Shown here piece after piece: positions 38,740 to 49,332 of a stretch of 64,000 nt of DNA. The DNA is from Andalucia godoyi And28 (Eukaryota > Protista > Jakobida). Position numbers and translations under genes: made by a program. Position 1 is the stretch's first letter; every line of letters starts with the position of its first letter. Under the pieces are notes generated by a model that did no database searches, had not been told where the DNA came from, and worked only from the letters and a program-made list of their open reading frames with translations. Location: positions 56,814 through 120,813 of the forward strand of contig VRVR01000023.1 in assembly GCA_009859145.1 (NCBI GenBank), written 5' to 3'.

Positions 38740-41700
38740 ATGGGACAAGGAAACGTGAAAAATGCAAAAGTTGAGCAAGACAAACTACCAGAAGCGGAAG
38801 AAGACGCGAAGTCTCTCGTGTCGTCGTCGTCTCCAAAATCCGAAATGTCTCCAAAGACTACGACCACGGCCACGATGCCTTTGTCGACATCGACGTCGAC
38901 GACGATGATTCTGGTGTCGCCGTCGCCGTCCATGCAATCCGATTTGAAGAAACAGCATTCTTCGCTTTTTGAACTCCCTCCTTCTCCCAAGAAGAAGAAA
39001 GGCAGTCCAAAAATGCTGAAGAAATCCAGTCCGGGAGGCTCCGGAGCGTCACCGGTGACTTCTCCAAAGTCATCGCTGAATACGGCAAGGGAACATGTTG
39101 ACGAAGAAGAAAAGAAAAAGGAGAAATCAAAGCACGAAATGGCTCGAGACGACTTCTTTGATCATTTTCGGAAGCACGTGCAAGTGTGCTTCAAGGGAAA
39201 CCGCGAGCAACAACTAAGCGTGGCGCTGCTATTTGAAGAAGTGCTGTGCGACGCTGACTGCCAGTTTTTTCTTTCCGAAAAGGAAAATGGCCTCGATGCG
39301 TTGTTTTCCCTGTTCCGAGCCGACGACGAGAAAATTCTGGAGCACTCTTCCAGATGTATTGCGTACCTTGCAACGGTCGGAGACGATGTCCGAAGAACGA
39401 TGGCACTCCGAGACGTTCTGGACAGATCCGTTCGCTTTCTGGGTCACAAGAACTGGAAAATATCCATGAACTGTGTCGCGGCCGTGTGCAACATAAGCTA
39501 CGAGACGAAGCTTGCGGAATCCATTGTCGACAACTACGAAGTCTGCCCGACTATCGTGGGTTTGCTCAAGCACAAAAGGCTGGATGTCATTCAACAGGCA
39601 GCCCGCTGCTGTGCACAAATCGCTTCAAATGGCAAGTATTACAGAGATATGCTTCTTTCTCTCAAGATTGTACCCATTCTCATTGCAGGACTGACCATCA
39701 AGGACTCCAGGACACTGTTCCAAATATGTCGAGTCATTGGAGAACTAACAAAGGACGTCGAAGTCGCAGCAGGATTCATCAAGAAAGGAGTTCTTCCAAG
39801 ACTACTAGACATCGTTGCTCACGATCAGGAAATGCCGCGTCTGGAGGCGTCGAAGATCATCGCAAACATGTCGGAAATAGACGCAGAGAAAAAGGAAATC
39901 TTCGAAGCCGCGGAAGAGTCGCTGATTAACGCCGCCCAGTTCGCCAGCTTAGACGTCAAAATCCACGCTCTCCGTGCCTTGGCAAATCTCTCGGAGAACG
40001 ACGAGGTTCGAACATCGGAGGACATTGAACAGCAAGAAGAAGAGGAACAACATTTTCGAGCGGAACTCAATAATATTCTTAGAGATTTCGTTCAGAGACT
40101 TGTCACAGATCCGATCTTTGCCGTTTTCATGCATTGTTCAGAGGAGGAACAGACGCCGGAGGTCTTTGCATCGTTGGGATACAGACCGTTTGTTGCTCCC
40201 ATTGATCTGCAAATCATCAAAAAGAGAGTAGAAGAGTGGTACTACACAAACCTTGTGTCTTTTAAGGCGGATGTGCTGTTGATAGTAGACACAGTGAAGG
40301 CAACTACCAATGCGTCTTCCGACGATCCCTACAGTCTTTTCGCAAAAATGGAAGCTCTTCAATTCCTGGTAGAAGAGATGGTCAAGAAAGTCGAAATGGA
40401 GCAACCGTTGTTGGTACGCATCACCAATGCCTATAAGAGTCGACTTCAGGTCCGAAGGTCGCTGGAACACGCTCGTATGTCGATCATTGCTGGAGGCGCG
40501 GTATCCCTCATCCCCTTCTTCATATCCTCAGACAATGACCTCCTGTTCCATCTATCAAGACTCATGGCAAACTGCGTCGTTCCGCAGTACAATCAACAGC
40601 GAATCATTCGTGACGGCGAATTGGAACCAGTTAACCACGTCCTTCGATTTCATGATGATGAACAAACACTAACAGAAATATTACGCTTTCTTGGAAACCT
40701 TGCTCAGCTCGACGAAGCGAAAATCAGATATCCTAAACTTGGCTTTCTCGAGGAAATCATCAAATTCGCACGCTCCGAGAGTCAACTTCTCCAGCGCTTT
40801 TCCATGCGATGTCTGGCGACAATGTCGACACTGCAAGCATCCAGAGTGCACATTCGAGATGCTGGGGGTCTTCAGATCATTGCAAACTGTGTGTGCTTTG
40901 GTTCTCCCGAGGTGCGAACAGAGGCCATCAAAGCAATGGCATGGATGGTGGAAGACGAGCCTTCCCGGCAGCTTGTCTTTGAGTCGGGAGCTTTTAACGT
41001 CGTGTTGATCGTTGTAGCCTCTGCAAAGGGACCGGAAAGGAGCCTGCATACTTGGCAAGCATGTCGCCTCTTGTCGCAAATGGCCGCCAGTCCGAAATGC
41101 AGGTCAACAATGGTTCTGATGGGGGCGATTCCGGTTGTGCTAAAGACTTGTGAAGAATTCATGGGAAGAAATCCCGTGCATGGCTATGACTGCTCGGTGT
41201 GTCAGAAGCCTTTTGAGTCAGTTCGCTATGCGTGCTTGTTCTTGTATTTCCTGTCGCAAGAAGACTCCCTTCTTTCGGATTTGCAAGTGTGCGGCACACA
41301 CAGAATCATGCTCCAGCTTGCTGTGGAATCCACCGACGCATGGATACGACAGTACTCGATGGCGTGTCTTGCGAACGTTCTCGCGAAACAGGACGTGCAA
41401 GACTGGTTCTATGAAGAGGAAGCCTTTGTCAGAATCCTGGACTTCGCCCAAGATGAAAATGAGGATATTATAGGAACGTCAATAGGCGTCTTGGCTTCGT
41501 GCGCGATGCATGAATCGATGAGGGAAACAATTGTAGAAAACGGGATTATTGAAAGATGTGTAGAGATCCTCAAGGACAAGGCGATCAGCGACGGTATCGG
41601 AGAAGCCGACGCAATAGCGAAAAGCGAAGCGTGTCGATTACTCGGTAATGTGTGCTCTGAAGCAGAGTACGCTGAGTGTGCTGACGATCTGCAGGCATGC

Positions 41701-44700
41701 GAGGAGCTTGTCAGGCTCATTTCTCAGTCTGATGATCAGCAAGTGCAAAAGAATGCTGCGCGAGCCATCGAGTCCCTCACCGCGGATTCGGACTACTTTC
41801 GACTGAAATTCGCTCAGGAACTGGATGCAATTGTCCCCCTGATAGCTTTGGCTTCTTCTCCGTTTCCTTTTGTTCAGCAGCATGCGGTCGGCTCCATCTC
41901 AAACATCGCACTCGAACCAGAAAACAAATCCTTGGTAGTGGACTCGGGCGCAGTAGCGGCACTGGTGCACCTGACACTCTCAAAGCATGCTTCTGTACAG
42001 TCCCGGGCAGCAGAAGCACTCGGAAGGCTGGCAGAAGAAAGCGAGAACAGAGACATCATCGCAGATGAAGAGGCAATCCGCCCTCTTGTGAACTTGCTTA
42101 GGTCTTCGGACAGTACAGTCCGTGAGAAGTCCATCGAAGCGCTGCTGAACCTGGGACAGAAGAATGCAGAGAACCAGTATGGAATGTACATGGAAGGTGC
42201 ATTGGATCGTGCACTGGCCTTACTGCAAGACGCAAATGAAAGCACGAAGTCCTTGGCGTACGATCTGGTCTCCCGAATGGCAGAAAACGACATGATCAAA
42301 GGTCTCCTTTTAGAAAAAGGAGCCTACGAGCCCATCATTCTTATGGCACAAGCCCCGGCTGTCGAGCCACGACGACACTGTTCCTCTATTCTGCTTCGTC
42401 TGGCTGATGATGACAACCACCGCGAAAACCTGCTACGGCACGACATCGGGCGCATCGTGCAAGAACTGGGGATCTGCCAGGATGTCATTATCGCTGGAAA
42501 CGGAATCAAGCTAATGCAGTCTTTTTGCTTGGATGATGCTGTTCTTTCGAAGTACATTCTAACTCCGTTTACTGCAGAAATGTCGTCCAGCCTATTGGAA
42601 GTGAGAAAGCTGGAAAAGAAAAGGCCGTGGAAGGCACAGCTCTTCTTGGGGCCGCAGCGCTCGCAAAGTCAACGAGATTCCATTGGAGGACGAAGAAGAT
42701 CCACGTGTCACGATGTTGTTGAAACGGAATCCGCACAGCTCCGTGTTTCTCGAGATTCCATACCGGTTCCCGAAGGATATGGGCATCTTATCTTCTGTCA
42801 GTGGATCTACTGCTGCGTTTCGTACATTGGATCCCGCACTGCCAATCTGCAGCGGCAGTCGCTGATACTGTTGTCAGTACTTTGTGCTACACTGGAACCG
42901 CATCACGCTGACTTCCTCGCAGCCGAGCGCAGCTTGGACTGCATAGGACGACTACTTCATTGTGTTCGATCCCTGGACGCCGGTACGAAAGCACTCGCTC
43001 TTAATGTGCTTTCGAAGCTGACAGCCGTCTCCAATGTTGCTCGAACAAAAGCAGCGACACATCGTCGTTTCAAACACGTGATACGGTCACTGAGTCTCTA
43101 CGACAAATTGCTGCGCGTTTCCTCTCCAGCCAAAATCTGGGTTGACTGGGATGCTTGCCGGCTGCTGGCGAACTGCGCTGCCTTGCCGTCACTGCAAAAG
43201 CTGCTGTATGGCAACACCGAGATTTTGCTTTCGATCACACGGTTGCTCAGAAACACAAACGTGTCTGTCCGAGTAGAAGCTCTTCGATGCATTGCCAATC
43301 TGTCTCAGGACAAGAATAACAAAGTCCACATTGGATCGAACAGATCTCTCGTGCACTCCATTCTGAAGCATCTCACCAGCGAGTACGTAACTTTGCAACA
43401 GTTTGCTGTGGAAGCGTTGGCACACCTCGTCGTCGCTTCGGAGAACATAGATCGCCTAATGATGGTTTCAAAAGAGATATTTCAGTCTTCAGAGACAGGA
43501 CAAGCGGCGACCTCCGATCCTCTGGTGAACGTTTTACAACAACTCTGCCATTCCAGAGACGAAGAGGTAGTCCGACACTCCATCCGTGCGCTGGCATCCT
43601 TGACAACTCGGGTGGCTTTCAAGAGGAGCTTGTATCTGAAAGAAATGATCGAATCCGTGATCTTGGATTTGATGTATTCACAAAACGTCGAAATTATCCA
43701 ATCGGCTACAAAGTGCATGGGAAATGTCGCCATGAACGAACAGATAAAGAGCGTGGTCGTTCTCGACACCAAACTGCTCCAGAAGATTGTTGCCGGGCTG
43801 ATGCACGTGGCAGTTTCACGGCCGTCTCTTGATTCAGTCGCGGAAGTGTCCAGGGCTATTGCATATCTTGCAACCGACAGGCCGTTTGTGGATTGCTTGC
43901 TGCGGAACGAAGGCATGGAGACTGTTGTCTCCATGATTCAGTGTCCGGTGACATCTTTTGCTGGCATCATCCAAACTGAAGTTGCAACCTGCATTCAAAT
44001 AGCAGCGGACGCGCTGAGAGCATCGGCCACTTTCCTTGACAGCCACGGAGACGCGAAGGCTGCTTGGCTGAAGTACGGAGGACTCGAGAACACATGTGTC
44101 GTGACTACGCAAAGCGCAGACATGATACTGCAGTACTGGAGCTGTCGATCCCTACAGACACTGTCCCACACAAAAGACGAAAGGCATACTATTGTGCACG
44201 CCGGAGGATATCGGCTGTTTGCAGCTCTGTGTCGGACTTCGTACGACGAAGTGATATTGTTTTCTACTTCTATGGTCATAGAGTTCATGGAAAACATCAA
44301 CGAAATAAGAGAATTTCACATGTCCGGAGGAACGGAGGCTCTGGCACTGTTTCTGATGACAGACAAAGTGGAGATTTGTGACAGTGTTGTGAAAGCTATC
44401 ACTATTTTGGCAGAGGATCAGGAAACTGTGGAGTCCTTTCTGGGTTTGGAGATCGTTTCATCCTGTGTAGCGTTGCTTGACTCAAAGTCTTTCCTGATTC
44501 GCCAGAACTGTATGAAGATTCTCGCCGATTGCTCTCTGAACGGCACTTGTGAAGAGAGCGTTGTTAGTCTTGGAACACTCAACCGGTGCATGGAAGCTCT
44601 AGAACCCTCTTCGGATATCAGACACTTCATTTCCCTTGGAAGTCGCCATCCATCCGTGCTGTTTCTGCGAGAATCTTTGCGAGCACTCTGCAATCTTGCG

Positions 44701-47700
44701 TTTCGAACTGATGCGCAACAAGGGTTGTTTCGTTCTGGGATTGTTGGAAGACTCCTGGGTCTGCTATCTGTAGACCCCCAAACAGTGCCGTCTTCATTTA
44801 CAGAAACGCTGGTGGACCTGCAAAAATTCACGATGATAACGTTGGCATACATTTCTTTTGAGCAGTCATTTCGTCCCCAGATTGCCAGCTTGGCTTTAAT
44901 GGCGATTCGTCGAATGATGGACCATCCGGAGCCACTAGTTGGTGCATACGCTGCTTCGATCATGGGAAACATCGTCGAAGAAGCAGCGCTGATGAAGTAT
45001 GTTCAAACTTGCCGCCCACTCGTCGCAAGTGTCAAGAAACTCCTCCTTGCTCCAAAGTCTGAAGCTGTTGGGAGCGAACTGGATGTTGTAGACCTGACTG
45101 CGAAAGCTTTCGCAAACATGTCCGGCTCTATGGATTTGGAAGAAGAGGTATCAAAGGTTCACATCATTCCGACAATCATTCGTCTGCTTCCAGAGGTTCC
45201 AGAATGGTTCTTGAATTCACACCGGAAGCAACCTGAGAAGAAGCTGTCGTTTCATGAGTGTTTTCCAGAAGTTAACGAAGAAAAGGTGGAGGACCTGTGC
45301 CGCTGCATCGCAAACATCTGTGTTCTGAAGACGGAAAACAAGCTGGAATGCGTAGCGCAAGGCGGACACAAGAGACTGCTATTCATTGTATCTGTTCTGC
45401 AAGAAGACTTGGCGGTGACGCTGCAGGCTGCTAGGGCGCTCGGTTTTATTTCCGAAGACGAGAAAAATGCAAAAGAGATATCGAATTTTGGTGGTGTTGC
45501 TGCAATGGCCTGTCTGATGAACAACAATTCAGTCAGAGAGCTTCGACTGCTGTCTCTCCGAACTCTTGCTCCAATAGCTTTCATCCCCGAACAGCGAGAA
45601 GTTATTCTTCAACATATAGACAGCTTCTCTTTTGTGATAAGGAGCATCAAAGAGAAAGACGAAGAGACTGCATTTTGGTCCCTGAAGTTTCTTAAAAACA
45701 TTCTGCATCATGAGGCGGCAGTGGAGAGGATGCTGGCAGACGGAGCCCTCCAAAGTCTGATGCTGATCTTTTCCGATATGGCTAGAAGCATCCGATGCGT
45801 TCAGACCGCAATTGATGTTCTCCACGAACATCGAGAAAACGAAGACATACAAGTCATAATGCTGCAAGAACGAGAAGCACAGGCGCTGCTGCCGCACACG
45901 GCGTCGTCGTTTCTTTCCGTGCAGTCGAAAGTCATCGAAATCTTTGTGTCACTTTCCAAGAATTCACGCAATCACAGGTCCTTGCTGGAATCGCAAGCTA
46001 TTCACCGACTTGTTTCCTTTGTCTATTCTCCTGTCCACCTTCATTTCGAACTGGCACTGCAGTTTGTCTTCAATATTGTGGGAGAAGAGAGCAACGCGGA
46101 ATGGGCACCCAATTTGATGAATCGGCTGGGACTTCTTCCGTTTCTGGTTGATCTCATGCTGGCTTTAAAAAGAAGCGGAAAGGAGGTCTTCACACACAAA
46201 CTGGCATACGAAATTTTGAAAAAGATTTCCGTCTCGGAAGAAGTGTGCTACGCCGTTTTGGAGGCCGGAGGAACAGAGGCAGTGGATTTTCTGGATATTA
46301 AGATTTCCGAAGATCCCGTGCCTCTCCCTCGATTGATTGATGGGGAGATTCATTCTTCGTCGTTGCAGCATTTCAAATACGCTGTGAAAAGAGTGATCAT
46401 GTGGAACCGAATGCGGGCAGCAGAAGGCCCGCTGTATCCTCCAGCGTGCGTTGTGTCAGGCGGAGGGTTGGCGGGAGGAGAGGCCGGCACTCCAGTGGTT
46501 ATTTTCGTTTCGTCGAGGGATCGATTTGAAAGACGAAGAAAAGACACATCGCGTGGTCTGTTCACTGTGGCAGCCGTGAACGAACGAACGAAAGAGACCA
46601 TCCAGTTTTCCGAGACAGTGGTTCGGAACATTTACCAGTTCTCATCGGATCAGTTTACTTTGGTGGGAAGATACTTGTTGTCGGTTACCACCGCGTCCGG
46701 GGAGCATGTGGATCAGAGCCCTTATATCTTGGAAATCGCGCCTGGAAACGTGCACCACCCTCTGTGTGTGGTTCACAAAGATGATTTGCAGCATGGCTTC
46801 ATCCGTGCTGGTCAAAAGTCCAACTTCAGAATTGAAGCAAAAGACGCTTTCGGCAATCGAATTCTTGGTGGAGGACTGGGAATTGAAGTTCGCATGGTGT
46901 ATTTCGGATCGCAGACATCCCGCCTTCGGAAGGGAGTGCAAATTGTTGACGAGTCAGTGGCCTGGTGCAAAGTGAACGATCCCGACGACGGCTTCCTGGA
47001 AGGATCTCTGTGGACAAAATCCGCAGGGTTTTATGAGTTACGCATATCTTTGCACGGAGCAGAGATGCATGGATCCCCTCTGATCTTCGAAGTGTATCCG
47101 GCCGGCGTGGATCCGACGAAATCGTCGTTCAACTTCAGTGGTACTTCTTCGTGTCCTGCCGGATGGCTGTCCCAGGGGCGAGTGATCACACGGGATGCGC
47201 ACGGGAACGAACTCCTCAAAGGAGGTCTTACGGTGCGATCGTTTGCATCTGCCGAAAATGGAGCCAGTGAAGAATTTCCCGTTGAAGATCTTCAGGACGG
47301 AGCCTACATTGTGTCCATCCGACCGTCGATATCCGGAAAGCTTCGTATCAGCGTCGTAGTAGATGGTCAGGAAATCATTGGTTCCGGGTTCACAATGCAA
47401 GTGTATTCAGGACCTCCACACATTCAGTCTTTTCGTGCTGTGGGATACGGCACAAGAAAAGCAAGAGTCGGTATCCGAAATCGTTTTCTGGTTCAAGCAA
47501 GAGACAGATTCGGAAACGATCTCCACTCTTCATTCTTGCCACTGACAGTCGAAATCCGAGACGCCTCCACAAATGTGACCGAGGACGTTGGTGTGGTGAA
47601 AACCGGTGGAGACGGAAAGTATCGAGTGGAGTACGAAGTCACCGTTGTGAAACCGTTTCACATTTACATATTGTCTGATGGGATTCCAACAGCAGAATCT

Positions 47701-47730
47701 CCTCTGAAGATTTCTGGTGTCATTTACTAA
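38740..47730 (+). CDS. Giant armadillo-repeat protein with inserted bromodomain and four C-terminal filamin (ABP280) repeats, 2996 aa
   Basis: Many ARM repeats (e.g. AIRPLVNLLRSSDSTVREKSIEALLNL); bromodomain core PIDLQIIKKRVEEWYYTNLVSFKADVLLI at 40075-40390; filamin repeats with A-G..F....D..GN...GG and GSP motifs at 46447-47727; ATG at 38740 (MGQGNVK). Confidence 0.9.
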   Translation: MGQGNVKNAKVEQDKLPEAEEDAKSLVSSSSPKSEMSPKTTTTATMPLSTSTSTTMILVSPSPSMQSDLKKQHSSLFELPPSPKKKKGSPKMLKKSSPGGSGASPVTSPKSSLNTAREHVDEEEKKKEKSKHEMARDDFFDHFRKHVQVCFKGNREQQLSVALLFEEVLCDADCQFFLSEKENGLDALFSLFRADDEKILEHSSRCIAYLATVGDDVRRTMALRDVLDRSVRFLGHKNWKISMNCVAAVCNISYETKLAESIVDNYEVCPTIVGLLKHKRLDVIQQAARCCAQIASNGKYYRDMLLSLKIVPILIAGLTIKDSRTLFQICRVIGELTKDVEVAAGFIKKGVLPRLLDIVAHDQEMPRLEASKIIANMSEIDAEKKEIFEAAEESLINAAQFASLDVKIHALRALANLSENDEVRTSEDIEQQEEEEQHFRAELNNILRDFVQRLVTDPIFAVFMHCSEEEQTPEVFASLGYRPFVAPIDLQIIKKRVEEWYYTNLVSFKADVLLIVDTVKATTNASSDDPYSLFAKMEALQFLVEEMVKKVEMEQPLLVRITNAYKSRLQVRRSLEHARMSIIAGGAVSLIPFFISSDNDLLFHLSRLMANCVVPQYNQQRIIRDGELEPVNHVLRFHDDEQTLTEILRFLGNLAQLDEAKIRYPKLGFLEEIIKFARSESQLLQRFSMRCLATMSTLQASRVHIRDAGGLQIIANCVCFGSPEVRTEAIKAMAWMVEDEPSRQLVFESGAFNVVLIVVASAKGPERSLHTWQACRLLSQMAASPKCRSTMVLMGAIPVVLKTCEEFMGRNPVHGYDCSVCQKPFESVRYACLFLYFLSQEDSLLSDLQVCGTHRIMLQLAVESTDAWIRQYSMACLANVLAKQDVQDWFYEEEAFVRILDFAQDENEDIIGTSIGVLASCAMHESMRETIVENGIIERCVEILKDKAISDGIGEADAIAKSEACRLLGNVCSEAEYAECADDLQACEELVRLISQSDDQQVQKNAARAIESLTADSDYFRLKFAQELDAIVPLIALASSPFPFVQQHAVGSISNIALEPENKSLVVDSGAVAALVHLTLSKHASVQSRAAEALGRLAEESENRDIIADEEAIRPLVNLLRSSDSTVREKSIEALLNLGQKNAENQYGMYMEGALDRALALLQDANESTKSLAYDLVSRMAENDMIKGLLLEKGAYEPIILMAQAPAVEPRRHCSSILLRLADDDNHRENLLRHDIGRIVQELGICQDVIIAGNGIKLMQSFCLDDAVLSKYILTPFTAEMSSSLLEVRKLEKKRPWKAQLFLGPQRSQSQRDSIGGRRRSTCHDVVETESAQLRVSRDSIPVPEGYGHLIFCQWIYCCVSYIGSRTANLQRQSLILLSVLCATLEPHHADFLAAERSLDCIGRLLHCVRSLDAGTKALALNVLSKLTAVSNVARTKAATHRRFKHVIRSLSLYDKLLRVSSPAKIWVDWDACRLLANCAALPSLQKLLYGNTEILLSITRLLRNTNVSVRVEALRCIANLSQDKNNKVHIGSNRSLVHSILKHLTSEYVTLQQFAVEALAHLVVASENIDRLMMVSKEIFQSSETGQAATSDPLVNVLQQLCHSRDEEVVRHSIRALASLTTRVAFKRSLYLKEMIESVILDLMYSQNVEIIQSATKCMGNVAMNEQIKSVVVLDTKLLQKIVAGLMHVAVSRPSLDSVAEVSRAIAYLATDRPFVDCLLRNEGMETVVSMIQCPVTSFAGIIQTEVATCIQIAADALRASATFLDSHGDAKAAWLKYGGLENTCVVTTQSADMILQYWSCRSLQTLSHTKDERHTIVHAGGYRLFAALCRTSYDEVILFSTSMVIEFMENINEIREFHMSGGTEALALFLMTDKVEICDSVVKAITILAEDQETVESFLGLEIVSSCVALLDSKSFLIRQNCMKILADCSLNGTCEESVVSLGTLNRCMEALEPSSDIRHFISLGSRHPSVLFLRESLRALCNLAFRTDAQQGLFRSGIVGRLLGLLSVDPQTVPSSFTETLVDLQKFTMITLAYISFEQSFRPQIASLALMAIRRMMDHPEPLVGAYAASIMGNIVEEAALMKYVQTCRPLVASVKKLLLAPKSEAVGSELDVVDLTAKAFANMSGSMDLEEEVSKVHIIPTIIRLLPEVPEWFLNSHRKQPEKKLSFHECFPEVNEEKVEDLCRCIANICVLKTENKLECVAQGGHKRLLFIVSVLQEDLAVTLQAARALGFISEDEKNAKEISNFGGVAAMACLMNNNSVRELRLLSLRTLAPIAFIPEQREVILQHIDSFSFVIRSIKEKDEETAFWSLKFLKNILHHEAAVERMLADGALQSLMLIFSDMARSIRCVQTAIDVLHEHRENEDIQVIMLQEREAQALLPHTASSFLSVQSKVIEIFVSLSKNSRNHRSLLESQAIHRLVSFVYSPVHLHFELALQFVFNIVGEESNAEWAPNLMNRLGLLPFLVDLMLALKRSGKEVFTHKLAYEILKKISVSEEVCYAVLEAGGTEAVDFLDIKISEDPVPLPRLIDGEIHSSSLQHFKYAVKRVIMWNRMRAAEGPLYPPACVVSGGGLAGGEAGTPVVIFVSSRDRFERRRKDTSRGLFTVAAVNERTKETIQFSETVVRNIYQFSSDQFTLVGRYLLSVTTASGEHVDQSPYILEIAPGNVHHPLCVVHKDDLQHGFIRAGQKSNFRIEAKDAFGNRILGGGLGIEVRMVYFGSQTSRLRKGVQIVDESVAWCKVNDPDDGFLEGSLWTKSAGFYELRISLHGAEMHGSPLIFEVYPAGVDPTKSSFNFSGTSSCPAGWLSQGRVITRDAHGNELLKGGLTVRSFASAENGASEEFPVEDLQDGAYIVSIRPSISGKLRISVVVDGQEIIGSGFTMQVYSGPPHIQSFRAVGYGTRKARVGIRNRFLVQARDRFGNDLHSSFLPLTVEIRDASTNVTEDVGVVKTGGDGKYRVEYEVTVVKPFHIYILSDGIPTAESPLKISGVIY

Positions 47731-47792
47731 TATCGTACAAGAGAAAGGGGGAATTACAGTTCTGTGTTTTAAATATAAAAAACCGGTGAGAA

Positions 47793-48709
47793 CTATGATG
47801 ACGGGACAGACGCGAGATACTGCGGTTGCTTTTGAACCCATTCCACGTATTCATCAATGACACTCGGCCAAGCAAGGTCTTCTTTGTAATTAGCAACGGA
47901 GAGAGGATACGCAATGATGAAATCCAAGAACATCGTCCAGGTATCCTTTGAAACAGCCTTCTTGTAGACTTGCGAGACAAACTCGATCCACAAAGACAAC
48001 AGTGTGTACCGCGGTGACAGCAACATTGGCCAAGCCATCGCAGCAACATCGGGAGCCATGGATTTTTGGCTGGGATCCTTCATAAAAGAGAAGCAGTACA
48101 CATAGAATTGTTTGAACAGAGTGGCGTTCGACATGTAGTTCTTCTCGGCGATCGTGAGATTTTTCGAAAGCAGCCCGATCGTGTCTGAGGACAATCGTTG
48201 GCAGACAAGGAGGAATTCCACTCTTTGAATACAATAATTTTGTGCACAGCCGGATAAATAGCAGAAGAAGACAAAAGTCATGGAAGTGATGTCAATCCCA
48301 AGGGCGTCCGCGAGAGCAGACAGGCCAGGTCCTGATATCGAATCCTCGGAAGGATCGGCACCGCCGTTGATGCCCGTCTTTTTGAAATTATCGAACATCT
48401 CGTCAATCTTCTTGGGGTTCGCATTCTTGAGCATTCTCGCGAAATCATGCTCGTGTTCGAAATAGTAATCCACGGCTTGCTGGACATTGCCTCCAGACTT
48501 GCGAAGCGACTCTATAGCAATTTGCTCGCTGTTCCACAAAAAAAAAAATTTGACAATTTCAGAATAAACTATTCGACTCATCAAAGAACAAACAACTCCG
48601 TCGTTCATTCCAATTGTTTGGAAATTGTGGAAATTTAAATCTTTGAAAACACATACTTGGCATGAGAAACCACTTCCAAAAATTGGCGTACAGATCTTTG
48701 GGCAAGCAT
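47793..48709 (-). CDS. DCN1: DCN1-like neddylation E3 (UBA-like + PONY), two exons 48709-48657 and 48528-47793, 262 aa
   Basis: Spliced N-terminus MLAQRSVRQFLEVVSHANEQIAIESLRKSGGNVQQAVDYYF restores the UBA-like domain; PONY motifs FKQFYVYCFSF, WIEFV, VSKDTWTMFLDF, AWPSVIDEYVEW. Confidence 0.92.
48529..48656 (-). other. Spliceosomal intron, 128 nt (GTATGT...T12 GTGGAACAG)
   Basis: Canonical donor, poly-U tract and CAG; removal joins two frames into a conserved DCN1 N-terminus. Confidence 0.88.
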
Positions 48710-49113
48710 CAATGATTGACAATAATAACACGAGTCTTTACTTTTTGCCTTGTCTGGATTGACTGAGCAACAGCTTGGTTTCTGTACTTTTAAATAAATA
48801 AAACGCAAAAAAAGACTTTCTCTCTCTGTTTGCCTTTGTTTTTTTGTTTTTGTTTTTTCCAGCTTCCTTTGGGTCCAGTCCTGGTCTCAATGGGTCTCAA
48901 TGCTTTCTGCCTTGATGCTTGGAGCCTTTTCCTTTCCTTTTCTTTCTTTGCTTCTCTTTTTCTGCTGCTCTTCTGCTTGACCGTGAATTCTGCAGAGACG
49001 CATCATAATCGGAGCCTTGTTCCTGTTTCTAGATTGTGAGGTTTTATTATTATTAATTTTTTTGTTTTGGTCTTTGGATTTTTATTATTTTCTTTTTCTG
49101 TGTTGATCAAAAA

Positions 49114-49332
49114 ATGGTTACCACTGGTGTTCCGCCTCGGATGATCCTTTCGCTTTATCGCGAAATCGTACGCAAAGGAGAGCAAACACTTGTTCTTACT
49201 GATCTGGAGTTTTTCCGGCGAAAAGTGCGATCTGAATTCGAAGCCGGCCGCCGTGAGCTTAAACCAGAGAATGTGTCTCTTTTGTTCCAGGCAGGTAAGC
49301 GGTTTGCATCGAAATTAGGAGGTCTGCTGTAG
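49114..49332 (+). CDS. LYR-motif protein, MIEF1-MP (altMiD51/L0R8F8)-like, 72 aa
   Basis: LSLYREIVRKG..L..TDLEFFRRKVRSEF...G..F..KLGGLL parallels the human microprotein as recalled (LSLYRALLRQG..LRYTDRDFYFASIRREF...KG..F..KLGRII). Confidence 0.8.
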   Translation: MVTTGVPPRMILSLYREIVRKGEQTLVLTDLEFFRRKVRSEFEAGRRELKPENVSLLFQAGKRFASKLGGLL

